A stretch of 64,000 nucleotides of DNA. Origin: Chrysomallon squamiferum (lineage: Eukaryota > Animalia > Mollusca). How positions within the stretch are numbered: the first letter of the stretch is position 1; the number at the start of each line of letters is the position of its first letter. Below, piece after piece: positions 41,027-53,586 of this stretch. The notes under the pieces were generated by a model. That model was given only the letters and a program-made list of their open reading frames with translations, was not told the DNA's origin and ran no database searches. The position numbers and the translations under genes were made by a program. The DNA lies in NCBI GenBank assembly GCA_012295275.1, contig CM022675.1, positions 8,804,001 to 8,868,000 of the forward strand. The letters are read 5' to 3'.

Positions 41027-41868
41027 TTTATTGTTATTATTGTTGTTGTTGTTGTTATTATTATTGATAATAATAAAAATGTAGCATATATAAAATAATA
41101 CAAGTATTAGTAACATTAGTAGTAGTAGTAGTAGTAACAACATTGTTAGTACTAACAATTAATAGTAATACTTGCACTATTAAAAATTAACAGTAGTAGT
41201 AGTAATAAACTGTAACAGTAGTAATACTAATAGCGACAGCATCGTCATTAGTAAACAGTATTATTATTACTGCTTGAAGTAGTAATAGCAGTAGTTGTAA
41301 CAGCAGCAGTAGTAGCGTTAGGATCAGTGTACAGTAAATAACAATACTGCTTTTAATAGTAATAATAATAGCAGAAGCTATAACAGTAGTAGCAACAGCA
41401 GTATTCAGCAGAAATAGAAATAGCATCGATAGCAATTTATTCTTAATACATATATTGCATTTGATAGTCGTAGTTGTAGTAGAATTAATTCTGGTGATGA
41501 TGATGGTGATGATGGTGATGATGGTGGCTGTAATGGTGGTGTACAAAATTAATATTAACATATATCAGTAAATGAAAAAGTAATAGTTAAAGTATTGGTA
41601 GTAATAGGATAAGTAGTTGTTGTCGTAGTCGTTATTGTTGCCGCTGTTGTCGTTGTTGCTGTCACTCTAGTTGTTTTGTGTTGCTGTTATCGTCACTATA
41701 ATTGTTGTCTTTGCTACTGTCGTTTCTGTTGTTGTTTTTGTTGTTGTCGTCGTCATTACTGTCGTGGTAGTCGCCGCATTTCGTCGTTGTCGCTGACGTT
41801 GTTTTAAATATGTTTTACTTACCTGTCGTTTCCAAGATTAGAAGAAACAGCATCACAGTCAACATCAT
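31924..41868 (-). CDS. Secreted/anchored EGF-EGF-ZP-N protein (related to molluscan EGF-like + zona pellucida domain proteins), 258 aa, 6 coding exons
   Basis: Exons (minus): 41868-41823 (signal peptide MMLTVMLFLLILETT), 37448-37326 (EGF1 CLRVGQNCPPSVKCNDNGTCTCPSHLQGDDC), 35756-35628 (EGF2 CRSLKCKNGGVCVKKSNGEVCACSVDYYGADC), 34966-34743 and 33288-33152 (four-Cys ZP-N-like domain YQIICNSREIIFNVNP...SSC...FQCG...YKQTVSVQF...DDLFEGSCY), 32041-31924 (KKEKPTTTPIPNRGGKTHELSAVFFLIIFLTTWLNQKPL*). Phases 1,1,1,0,2 all match; 777 nt open. Confidence 0.85.
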
Positions 41869-44219
41869 CTTCAGCGGCTGATGAACTGAAAGGTAAAAAT
41901 ATAATACAGCCTGAAATAAACCAGTAATTTAATATTAAAAGGAAGAAGAAAAAACAAAATTATGCTTTCGTAAAAAAAAAAAAAAAAAAAAAGTGTTTCG
42001 GTCTGTTTGTCACGCGCCCTAAGGGGGGGGGGTTAAATACAGAGAAAGAATAGAGTTAGGGCGAAGATAATAGAAAAACGAAAATAAAATAAAAGACAGA
42101 AAGATGGGGTAGGTGTTTGAAATAAAGAAACGAAATAAAATACTTTAAAAATATATAATAAATTTTAAAAATGACAGGGACTGAAGAAAAGGAGAATACA
42201 GAAAAGAATGGATTGAAAGAACAAAGAAACAGAGAGGAAGAAAGACTTCAATACAAACAAAACTGAAGGGTATTGAAAGGAAAGAAGAACCTAAGAAAGA
42301 ATAAAAAAATAAAATAAAAATAAAGATAAAAATAAACAAAGAATGAATTAAACGTCGAAAGTAACTAAATTAGATTTAAGTATAATAATAATAATAATAA
42401 TAATGATAATTATTAATAATTATTATGATGATGATGATGATGATCATTATTATAATTATTATTATTATTATTATTATATCATCTTCATCATCATTATTAT
42501 TATTATTATTATGATAAATGAATGAGTAATTACCTCTCCTATAACTAGATTTTTCTAGTTGTAGAGAGAGAAAAAAAAAATATAATAATAATAAAAAAAA
42601 AAAAAAAATTGAAAAAAATGCTTTATAGCTCTATGTTAATAGAAAGGTTTCAGGATGTTGAGATGTTCTGTGAGTCATCGGATCGTATCTTCCTGGAGTC
42701 TTACAAGAACACTGGGTATTGTTATTTTCGCTTTACATTGCCTTATCAAAACTTTTTACCTGCCTGAATAAACGAGTAGGGTGATAATATTTGTTACCGC
42801 AGAGTTTTGTAATATAAAAAATCTTTTGGATTGTTTTTTTTTTTTTTTTTTTTTTTATGATAATAAATAATAATAATATTATATATAGCACATTTTTATC
42901 TTATTTTTATTAGTTTTATTATTATTATTATTATTTATATATAGATATAGATATAGATATAGATATTGATGTAGATATAGATTAAGGTACTTTTTTTATT
43001 ATTATTATTTTGTTATTTATTTATTGTTAAAGTTTTAAAACATTTTTCTAACTTTATTTTATTACTATATATATTTTTGTTTTTTTTTAATTTTAAACAT
43101 TTCTTTTTATATTTAATTCCTTCCTTTTTCGATCCTTCTTTCTAAAACTTTTATCTCTTTTCCCCCACCTCCGCTAATTTCTTCCTTTTTCTTTCATTCT
43201 TTCTTTTTCCTCTGTCTTTCGCAGTTCATCATTTTCTTACTTTCGTTAATTTTTCTTATATTATTTATTTATTTGGTTCTGTTATCTTTCTTTTCCTATA
43301 TGACCCTTCACATTATTTGACAAATGACGTCATAAAACTGACTTTAAGCTTGTTTTGAAAAGTGTCTTAGATATGTAATAATTTTTTTATCTTATGATTT
43401 TCACGGAAGTTACTATGTAATATCTTATTACTGTCTCCAGGAAAAAACAAAATCATGAATTTAAAGTCAAAGATTCTTTAGAATTACATTTCTGAATCTA
43501 GTAATTTCCTTCCGAGTTCGCAGTGAAAAGTCTCTTGCTGTTATGATTTTGAAGTTTTGACATTTCGAATGAAAACATACATACGATAATATAAACACTT
43601 TCAAAAACAGTAACACACAGTCACACGCACAGTCATACGCACACACTCACACATATGTATATACACACTCACGTAGACGTATACACACTAATGCAAAGAT
43701 ACAGTAACATGTTAACACAGACAATAACACATACCCATAAAAACACATAAACACACGCACGCACATATATATTCACACACATACGTACAATCACACACAT
43801 AGAGGCACACAACACACTTACGCACACATACACACACATATAAACACACAAAAACACACGTATTTGCATTTGTACACATATAAATACAATCGTACAATCA
43901 TAAATTTCTCCGCATTTACTTAGGTTTTTACTTTAATAATTCTTTTACTTTTAAGCCATTATCTTAATTTACAGCTTAACAACACAGTCGGTTTGTCTGT
44001 CTTATGGTTTTCATAAGAATAATGGTTTACTTAAAAACAGAAAGAGTAAAATAAAAACGCCAGCTTTCAAATAAAAATCTTTTTACAAAATCAGATAAAC
44101 ACGCCTAACGTCATATTATTATCTTCATGAACGTGTTATTATTTTTAGCGTATACATAATAAATTATCTTTACTGACGTAGCATATAATTACTGTCGTCT
44201 TCTTTTTTACTCTAGTGAC

Positions 44220-44279
<60 letters not shown>

Positions 44280-44305
44280 CATCATTATTATTATTATTAT
44301 TATTA

Positions 44306-44343
<38 letters not shown>

Positions 44344-45424
44344 GTTGTTGTTGTTGTTGCTGTGTCATGACTTCGTATTATTATTTACATTGACATATTA
44401 TTATTGACGTCGTATTGTTACATATTGATTTGACATATTAATAAATACGTACATACGTATTATTATTTATTATCTACATCGACATATTATTATACGTAAA
44501 CACATACATACATACATATATACATACATACACATACAAAATGTACATATACATACATTCGGACGTACTCACATACAATCTGACAAATATACACTCACCT
44601 ATACACATATACAAACACCTACACATTACATATAAATAATATATTCCATTCTTGTTTATATTATATTATACAATCAGGGTTATGGATTAATAAAAATAAC
44701 ATATAAAACAATATACATTTCTAATAGGTATATCATTTTACGTAATAAATTTGTTATTAGATATTAATATGGGCAAAATATATAGTTTATAATTTAATAT
44801 CGTAATATTTATTTCATTTTTAAAATATTAGTGATACACAACTGAAAATTAATTTTATTTTTATTTTATTTTTTGCTTCTTTCATTATTCGTTTTATTTG
44901 TTTATTTATTCATTCATTCGTTCATTCATTCGTTATTTTTCGTTTCCACGTTTAGCTGATTCTTTCTTTCTCTCTTTCTTTCTTTTCCCTTTTATTTTCT
45001 TATATAATTTTTTTTCTTTTTTGTTTTGTAAAGCACATGTACTTTTATTTTCTTTCCTTGTTTCTTTATTCGTTTTATTTTATTTATTTATTTATTTATT
45101 TGTTGTTTTTTCTTTGTTTAACTTGTTTATTTAGATTAATGGTTTAGTGTATGTATATTATCAAACACGATTAATACTACAACTACCTCTGCTATTAGTG
45201 TACAACCACTACGGCTTGAATGCATATTACTACAATTATAACGACTGCTACTATTACCACTATTATTTGCAGTTATAAATAATAAATTAATAGATGTTTA
45301 GAAATGTTTTCTGCTTCAGTCTGCTACACACACGAACACACACGCACAACATATGTACGTGTGTGTGTGTCTATGTACGTAAGTATGTTTTATGTGTGTG
45401 TGTGTGTGTTTGTGTATGTATATA

Positions 45425-45509
<85 letters not shown>

Positions 45510-45559
45510 AAATCGTTATTTTCTTCGAACTATAAGAGAAAACATTTTTATTGTCTTAC

Positions 45560-45700
45560 CTGTAACTACAGTGTGACGTTTGCTGAAGTAAGAAAGGAAA
45601 ACACGTCAACAAGGCAGAAATTCCCCACACAACGAAAACAGACAAGTGGTACAGAACAAGTATTACAAAACACGAACTTCAAATAAATACCTTTCGGAAT
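45560..45700 (-). other. Possible non-coding first exon of the EGF-ZP-N gene
   Basis: Consensus donor CAG|GTAAGA at 45560/45559 in unique sequence. The ATG exon has its own acceptor at 41885, so an upstream UTR exon is expected. The 5' boundary is unknown. Confidence 0.35.
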
Positions 45701-46555
45701 AGTCCGTTGTATTTCACTGGAGTTTCAAAACACTTGTGTTTCAGTACTGCTTCACAATACAGACAGAATGTTGCTGTGTTTCTCTACACGAATAAAAGGA
45801 CAAAAAAAAAAACTGGAGTTTCAAAATGTCGACAAAACACAGCTGTTTTTTTTTTTTTTTTTTTTCAGTATTATTTCAGAAAGAATGTTATTGTGTTTCC
45901 CAATATACATATACACACACACACCAAAAAAAAAAAAAAATGGAGTTTAAAAATCACGACATAACACCAGAGAAAATGTTGCTGTGTTTCTGAACACTGT
46001 TAAAAATATCTTTCTTTTTCACACAAAATAACGTTATTTTTTAAATAAAATGGCGTTGTTTCTCCTCTTTTCGATTCGACCTCTTTTTCCCCTCAAACAA
46101 AATATCTTTGAATTTCATTATCGTTTTTTGCTGTCACAGTCCTCGTCACGGGCCGATAACTCCAACTTACAAAACAATGTCGTTTTTAAGTTCTTAGTCT
46201 AGACCCGGAACGTGGTCATGCTCTGAAAATTACGAATTATTATTATTTTTTTTTATTTCTTTTCACTTGTCTCCAGGCTTTTCTTCTGAATTTAGTGTAT
46301 ACTGTCATGTCGCCTCAGATATTCCTGACCTGTGTTTATGATATCGATGCTGTTTGCTTATGGATGGTGCCGAATTAAAGAACTGAGCTAGAATACGTTT
46401 AACAAAAAAAAAAAAAAAATTAATTAGCATATCCTTATCCCATCAGAAGCAAAATTTCGTTTGTCATTTTTACCTACTCAGTGAAAGTAGAATACCACTG
46501 AAATGACGATATGTTATGGTTGTTACGTAATGCGAATTATACTCTGTTATGTGAT

Positions 46556-46885
46556 GCGTGTTTATGATGTTACGTGAGGCGTGTTTTATGATGTTACGTG
46601 AGGCGTGTTTTATGATGTTACGTGAGGCGTGTTTTATGTTCTGTTATGGCGAGGCGTATTTTATGTTACGTGATGTGTATTTTATGTTACGTCATGTGTA
46701 TTTTATGTTACGTCATATGTATTTTATGATGTTACGTGAGACGTATTTTATGTTCTGTTATGGTGATGCGTATTTTATGTTACGTGATGCGTGTTTTATG
46801 TTACGTCATGCGTATTTTACGATGTTTCGTGAGGCGTACGTTATGTTCTGTTATGGCGAGGTGTGTTTTGTGTTCTGTTATATTA
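46556..46885. repeat. 21-24-bp CpG-containing minisatellite
   Basis: Unit gtgttttatgatgttacgtgaggc with variants; it produces the spurious repetitive ORF 46558..46899. Confidence 0.9.
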
Positions 46886-47397
46886 TGAGTGTTTCATAAA
46901 AAGAGTTCTTAAATAAATGGATTATTGTCAGTAACTTTACAAGCCCGATTAACCAATAATATGACATTGCTGCTACATTACGCACTACATGTCTGTCTGG
47001 ACGCTGATTTGAAAATGTCTGTGATGTCGCTGTCGTATGTGTAACAGCAGTATGTATGTTGTGTCGCTGTAAATGTTTAGACTATTGTTGATGTTGTTTT
47101 ATACGGGGTGTGTCTGTATATATAATGGTATCATTTTCATTTGTGCGCTTATTTTACGCTATGCGTTCTTACATGTTGAATCTTATCTAATGTGTATTTT
47201 AACGTTGTTTCGTTGCATAATGTGTATCTTGTTATTCAGTTTCGTAATGTTGATTTGCTCTGTTTCGTGATGCGTGTTTTATGTCTGTTCTGTTATCCTG
47301 GGGCGTTGGCTTTTCTGATGAGGGGTGTCTATGACAAAAAGGGCATCGTAACATTATGACAAAAAGACACTACTGAAAAATTACACATGGTTTAGAT

Positions 47398-47672
47398 CAC
47401 AGATTTTCAACCTGGGGGTCGCGAGATCGTTCTTGAGCGAGGGTATGGTTTAGCTTTTTTTCAACTTGGCTTGGAAGGAGGAATAAATAAAAACGTATAG
47501 ATAGGATTGGGATTCGTCATAATGAATACAGATTCCTTTTGTACTGTCTTTGGATGGTGAAACTATGGTAACCCTAGATATATTATTGAATCAACAATTT
47601 TAAAGTAGGGGTCATCGGTCATAATGAGTTGCTCATAAAGGGTCGCGGTGTGAAAAAGGTTGAAAACGAGTG
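47398..47672. mobile_element. hAT/Charlie-type non-autonomous element (MITE), 275 bp
   Basis: Imperfect TIRs cacagattttcaacct ... aggttgaaaacgagtg, subterminal GGGTCGCG motifs at both ends, and an 8-bp target duplication gtttagat (47390-47397) / ctttagat (47673-47680), 7/8 identical. Confidence 0.85.
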
Positions 47673-48259
47673 CTTTAGATGGACCATAATTTATATTTTG
47701 TGTTCATCTGTTACGTGACGCGTCTGTTATGGTGTTATGTTCCGTGACGCACTTTGGTATGATCCGTTTATATACCAACGTTTACAGATTGTTAATGGTG
47801 AGCTTTATGCTGTTACACTGCCCCGTCTACATCGCATCACCGACATCATGTGTTTATTATTCTCACTGCTGTATTTTACCGTATACGTTTTGTATGTTGT
47901 TCCCTTACGTACTCTTCGTGATGCGTATTCTATATTCTATATTCTATATTTTAAATTATGCTTATTAGTATGGTTCCATTTTTATTTGGGAATTTAGTAG
48001 TATTCAAAGTATGTTTCAGTTTAGTTCGTCTTTTTTTTTTCTTTTTTTTTTCCCCGTCCTCTTCTTTTTTTAATTCTTTTATTTATTTATTTTTTTTTTT
48101 TTTTCTCCTTTTTACTTACCCATTTTAAAAAATAATTCAGAAACTTTCTGGTTACGTTTGAATGATTCTGCTCAGATTAAAAATAGGTATTTTTTGTCAC
48201 GATACCTTTGTTAAGATAGGTATTAAAAAGAAAATATTAAACCCAGTGCTCTTGACAGA

Positions 48260-48392
48260 GTAATTTTGTAAGCCCACGAACGTCCAGTAATATTATTTTG
48301 CTTTCTATAAAGTTTTGTCTATGGTTGCATAACGAAAGAAAGAGACACACACATACACACAGTCATAGAAACACACATATATATATATATAC

Positions 48393-48487
<95 letters not shown>
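48260..48487 (+). repeat. Dispersed repeat copy 2: about 110 bp unique head + (CA)/(TA) + (GA)n tail
   Basis: gtaagcccacgaacgtccagtaatattattttgctttctataaagttttgtctatggttgcataacgaaagaaaagagacacac...agtcatagaaacacacatat...(GA)n matches 25706-25938 in inverted orientation. Confidence 0.85.
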
Positions 48488-48490
<3 letters not shown>

Positions 48491-49933
48491 ACTACTACTG
48501 CTCTTTCTACCGACTACGAGTAAATAGTTCTGCTACTGTTTCTACCATTACTCATAACTGCTACAGCCACAGAAACTACTACTACAACTGCAACACCTAC
48601 TACAACTAATATTACTATACTAATTCTAACTATTAAAACTTTTATTAATACCAATACTACACTAACTATAGCTATACAATAATTATAAAGCCACATTTAA
48701 CCTACTGCAGATACCACTACTATTACAATTACTACTACTACTACAGTAATGCTAGTAACGTGAAAACCCCAACTATTATTACTACTATTGCAAATATTAC
48801 TAAACCGTTTCTATTTTGTTACTTTTAATGACAATACCTCTGACACACACACACACACACACACACACACAACACTTACACATCTAACAGCTATTTTTAT
48901 TAATGCAACTATTAATACCATACTACTAACAGACAAACACAAGACTTAACTATTTGAAGAATTAAATCATGAACAATATTAATGCAAACTTCAAAATGAC
49001 TGACATTTCTATGTTATTAATATACCATGTGGAAAAATGATATTATTATTACAAAAATAAAATGATAAAGAACATAAGATGAAATCTATTTTACAGATAT
49101 ATAATTTTTTATTCTCATAATACATAAAAATATGGCTTGCCCATTGCACAATACTGTTGTATGTTTTTGTTTTTATTTCTAACAACATAAATCTGGACTT
49201 TGACACAATGTCAAGGTCGAATAAGCCATATGTCATCTTGACAAATTAACAAATGTATTTGAACAATATCAAACATTTTATTCCAAGAAAAAAAAAATGC
49301 ACCAAAAATATTTAAAAAATTTACAGAAAATCGGAGGAAAAACAAAAAGGAAATGAAAATAAATGTTTTTAAAAATGTATTAACATGTTTATACAGACAA
49401 CATAACCGCGTTTCCTAATTTCCTCATTAGAAATTGCCGAAGGGAAACAACTCTATGGTTTCTCTTACAGTCAATATAAATAGTTTTGCCTTGTTCTTGT
49501 AATATTTACTTAATGATGAGATTAAAAAAGAAATCGAAAAAGAAAAGAAAAGAAAAAGACTTTTCATGAATAATCAAAATTAACAGGCATACAAAATTAT
49601 ACAAAAATATTAATCTTAGAAAGACAAATATAAAAAATAAAATAAAAATAAAATAAAAATAAAATAAACATTTTCATATATCTATATATGACCAATATAA
49701 TTTTTTCAATGTGAAATATATAGGTCACTGATTTCTGGCTGCTGAGTATTCATGCTGTTAAAAACAAATATTTTATTGAAACATTTTTACATGAAACAAA
49801 AATAAAATTTGTCAAATATAATATGAATATACATTTGTATCTATATAATAATAATAAAAAAAAAAAAAAAAAAATGTAATTTTTAATTTTCCATGCTAAC
49901 TATGCTTCACTTTTAAGAACTGTAAGAACTGTA

Positions 49934-49976
<43 letters not shown>

Positions 49977-50711
49977 GATGATAATAAATGGTAATAATAA
50001 TAAAGATAAAAATATAATAATAATAATAAATTACAAAAATATTGCAACAATAAATTAATAAAAATCAATAACGACTGAAAAATATTAAAAAAGAAAATTG
50101 AAAAATGCAACAAAAAATATCTTTTAATGAGTAATTTAAATATACAAAATTAAATATAATATATTTGGTAAAAAAAATGTGAACTACAACAAAGGGAAAA
50201 ATGAGAGTTGACTGTAAATAATTTTTTAATATTTATCTAAACAATCTCACAGAAAAAAAGAAACTAATTTGAATCAAATGAAACTAACTGAACTGAAAAC
50301 AACTAACTCAAATGAAAATGACTAATTCAAATCAAAGTGACTAACTGAAATGAAAATGACTAATGCATCAACTGACGTGACTAGTTATGTTCAGAAAGAT
50401 CTTACTCATTTTAAAATGACTGATTCAAATAAAAGTGACTGATTCAAATAAAAGTGACTAATGAAAATAACTGACGTTTTTTCATTCAAATAAATTTAAA
50501 ATGACTAACAGAGAAAAATGACTTGAAACAACCCATCTAAATTAAATTTTGAAATCCATGTAACAAAATGTGTACAAAATACAAAGTATTTATTTATATA
50601 TATATATATATATACACACACACAGATAATGTTTGTTGTTTGTTTTTTTCCGTAGTTACAAAGTTACAATCATAAAATTTCTATTATTTTTTGATCTGCA
50701 CTTTATTGTTT

Positions 50712-50752
<41 letters not shown>

Positions 50753-50801
50753 GTATTGTTTCTTTTTCTCTTTTTTTCTTCATATAATTTTATTTATTTA
50801 C

Positions 50802-50836
<35 letters not shown>

Positions 50837-52574
50837 TATTGTGTTTTTAAAATAGTAATTTATCAATGTCTTATGCATTAGTGTTACATTTTTGTTTTTT
50901 ATTTTATTTTTTTAAATGTTTTTTTTTTTTCCTATTGGCATTGGATGTGCTATCTCTAATTTCAAATTTTAACATGGAAACAAAAATAATGCACTAAATA
51001 CAATTATCCAAGATGTGAATCATCAACTGCAGTCAAAAAGAGAATATCTTGTGTTGGAAATTATGGGATATTAAATAACAAAAATACACGTTATAAACAT
51101 GAAAAATATCATAATACTGTTGACAAACATTTTTAAAGTCTGTATCTCTAAATCTGTTTAGGATTTCACAATAAACATTAAAAACAACAAAAAAAAAAAA
51201 AAATTTATAAATTAAGTAGCACTATTTACAAACACAATTCACAAAATATATATATATATAAATATCAACATAAACTGATACAACATTTTTCACCGTTTGT
51301 TTTTCAGTTTTAGTTTAGATATTTTTCAAATTCTGCATTTATTTAAATCTGTGGTTAGTATTTTTCTGGGTATGTAAAGTTACCCTGTCATCTTTTGGCA
51401 GAATTCACGGCCTCATAAATTAACATTTCAATTGCAGAAATATCTTTTTTATGATAATAGTAGTACCCTGTTAACATTTTAGGGTGAAATCATGGCCAAA
51501 TAAAAAAAAAAAAAAAAAATAATAATAATAATAATAATGATAATAATAATATTAATTTACGAAATGAGTATTTCAAATGAAAAGTATTATTTGAGATAAT
51601 TATTTTTCTCACTGCTTTTTTTTTTTTTTTGAGAAAAACTGGTATCTCGTGAAAAAAAAAATATATATATATTAATTAACTGAACGAGTATTTCAAATTC
51701 TGCAGTATCTAAGGAAGACATGGCATGAAATAATAAGCTTGTAGTCCAAATAAAAAATTTAAAATTTCTGGCAACCAACACAATGACAATTAAATTTGAA
51801 ATTTGTTAATTAATAAACACTTTTCATTTAGACCAAAATTAATTTTATAAGCTATTAATTTTACAACATATTTTGAAGATAATTTCAAAAAAAAAAAAAA
51901 TTCTGATATAAAATATGGTGATAATTAATTTTTCATCTAGAACCAAACTAATAAGGTTTGAAAACAAATTTCCAAATTGCATGTCATCCTTTGCTTGATA
52001 ATTTCAGATACAACAAATTTTTGTAATCGAATTTAAAATTTTAAATATTTTTCCTTTTACTAAACTGTTTTCAATGAGGGGAAAAAAAAAAAAAAAGTAG
52101 CTAAATCATATATCTGATGAAACTAAGACATTTTTTTTTCTTAGAATTATAATGAAGATAATTTCAGAAAAATTGCAAACAAGACAATGTCTACCAGTGT
52201 AACAGAAGTTGGAATAAATATTTGTTCAGCGAGAATTAAATATTTAAAAATTATGGCCCTTACTGCAAGAGTCATTTCTGGTCCCTAATGAAATGCATTC
52301 TGGGCCACATTTCCTAATTTTATGGCCCTGATTGTTAATAAGCAAATGTTTTCTTATTTTTTTAAACTAGGCACTTAGTATAAAAGAATTTTTTTTTTCT
52401 TAAGACATCTCTGTCTATGATTATTGTGTATACAAAGATTTTCACTCATTAAATAACATGCAATCATGTTTATGTTGTATATTTATACAATAAATTTAAG
52501 TTTAGCAACAGTATCATAATAAAAATATTTTTTTTAAAGTATCAATATTTAGCATTTCTTCCAAAAAGAGGAGC

Positions 52575-52611
<37 letters not shown>

Positions 52612-52767
52612 CAGACAATTTACATTGTTTCAAAAGCGAAATTATCAGTTTCAAATGAATTCTAACTCTGAATTCTTCTTCTTTTACTCATGAAAATACT
52701 TATATACACAATTTTCTATTTCTTTGGCATTAAGTTATATTACACATATAATGTTTTTCACTTTCTA

Positions 52768-52805
<38 letters not shown>

Positions 52806-53425
52806 AACATACATGAACACAAACATCGGTATACATCAAATATATTGGCAATGCCAACCAATAAAAAGGCTATACCAATCAATAAATAATTAAATGGATA
52901 CATCGCCATGGTAACATTAAGATAACTGATATGTATATCACAATGTACATTATCATATAATCAAAAAAACAACAACAAGAGAAACACCAATACATATTAT
53001 TTTCATTATATATACATTGAAATATTTTGATTTAAGTAAGTTTCTGTTGAAAAAACATTTAAAAATTAATTAAAGCAAAAGTGATTATATAAATCGTTAA
53101 TCAGTTATATACACATTGTAGTTTTGATTTTTCAAATTACAAGAGTTATAATTAAAAATTATTTATCAAGTAAAAACATGATTGCAAAACAATTTTATAT
53201 GAATTAAATGCACATGATTTGGAATATAAATTATATTCGGTTAAATGTTAATCTTTACAGCTGATAAGCTTATAAAAATTAACAAAACAAAAGAAATAAG
53301 ATATCAGAATCAAAATGGAACTGAAAAGCAGGACAGAATTAATGTAATTTAAGCAAAGACTAAAACAAAAGTTTTGTTTGTTTCTCATCAGGAGTCTTTA
53401 AAAATATTAACATAAAGATTTCTTG

Positions 53426-53586
<161 letters not shown>

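Noticed and set aside
44573-44579. 7-nt minus-strand microexon candidate (tgtcag|attgtat|gtgagt) in the EGF-ZP-N 5' region
   Set aside because: It lies in low-complexity DNA, would be non-coding, and could easily arise by chance.
46558-46899. Repetitive MMLREACF protein
   Set aside because: Translation of a minisatellite whose period is a multiple of 3; no splice or promoter context.
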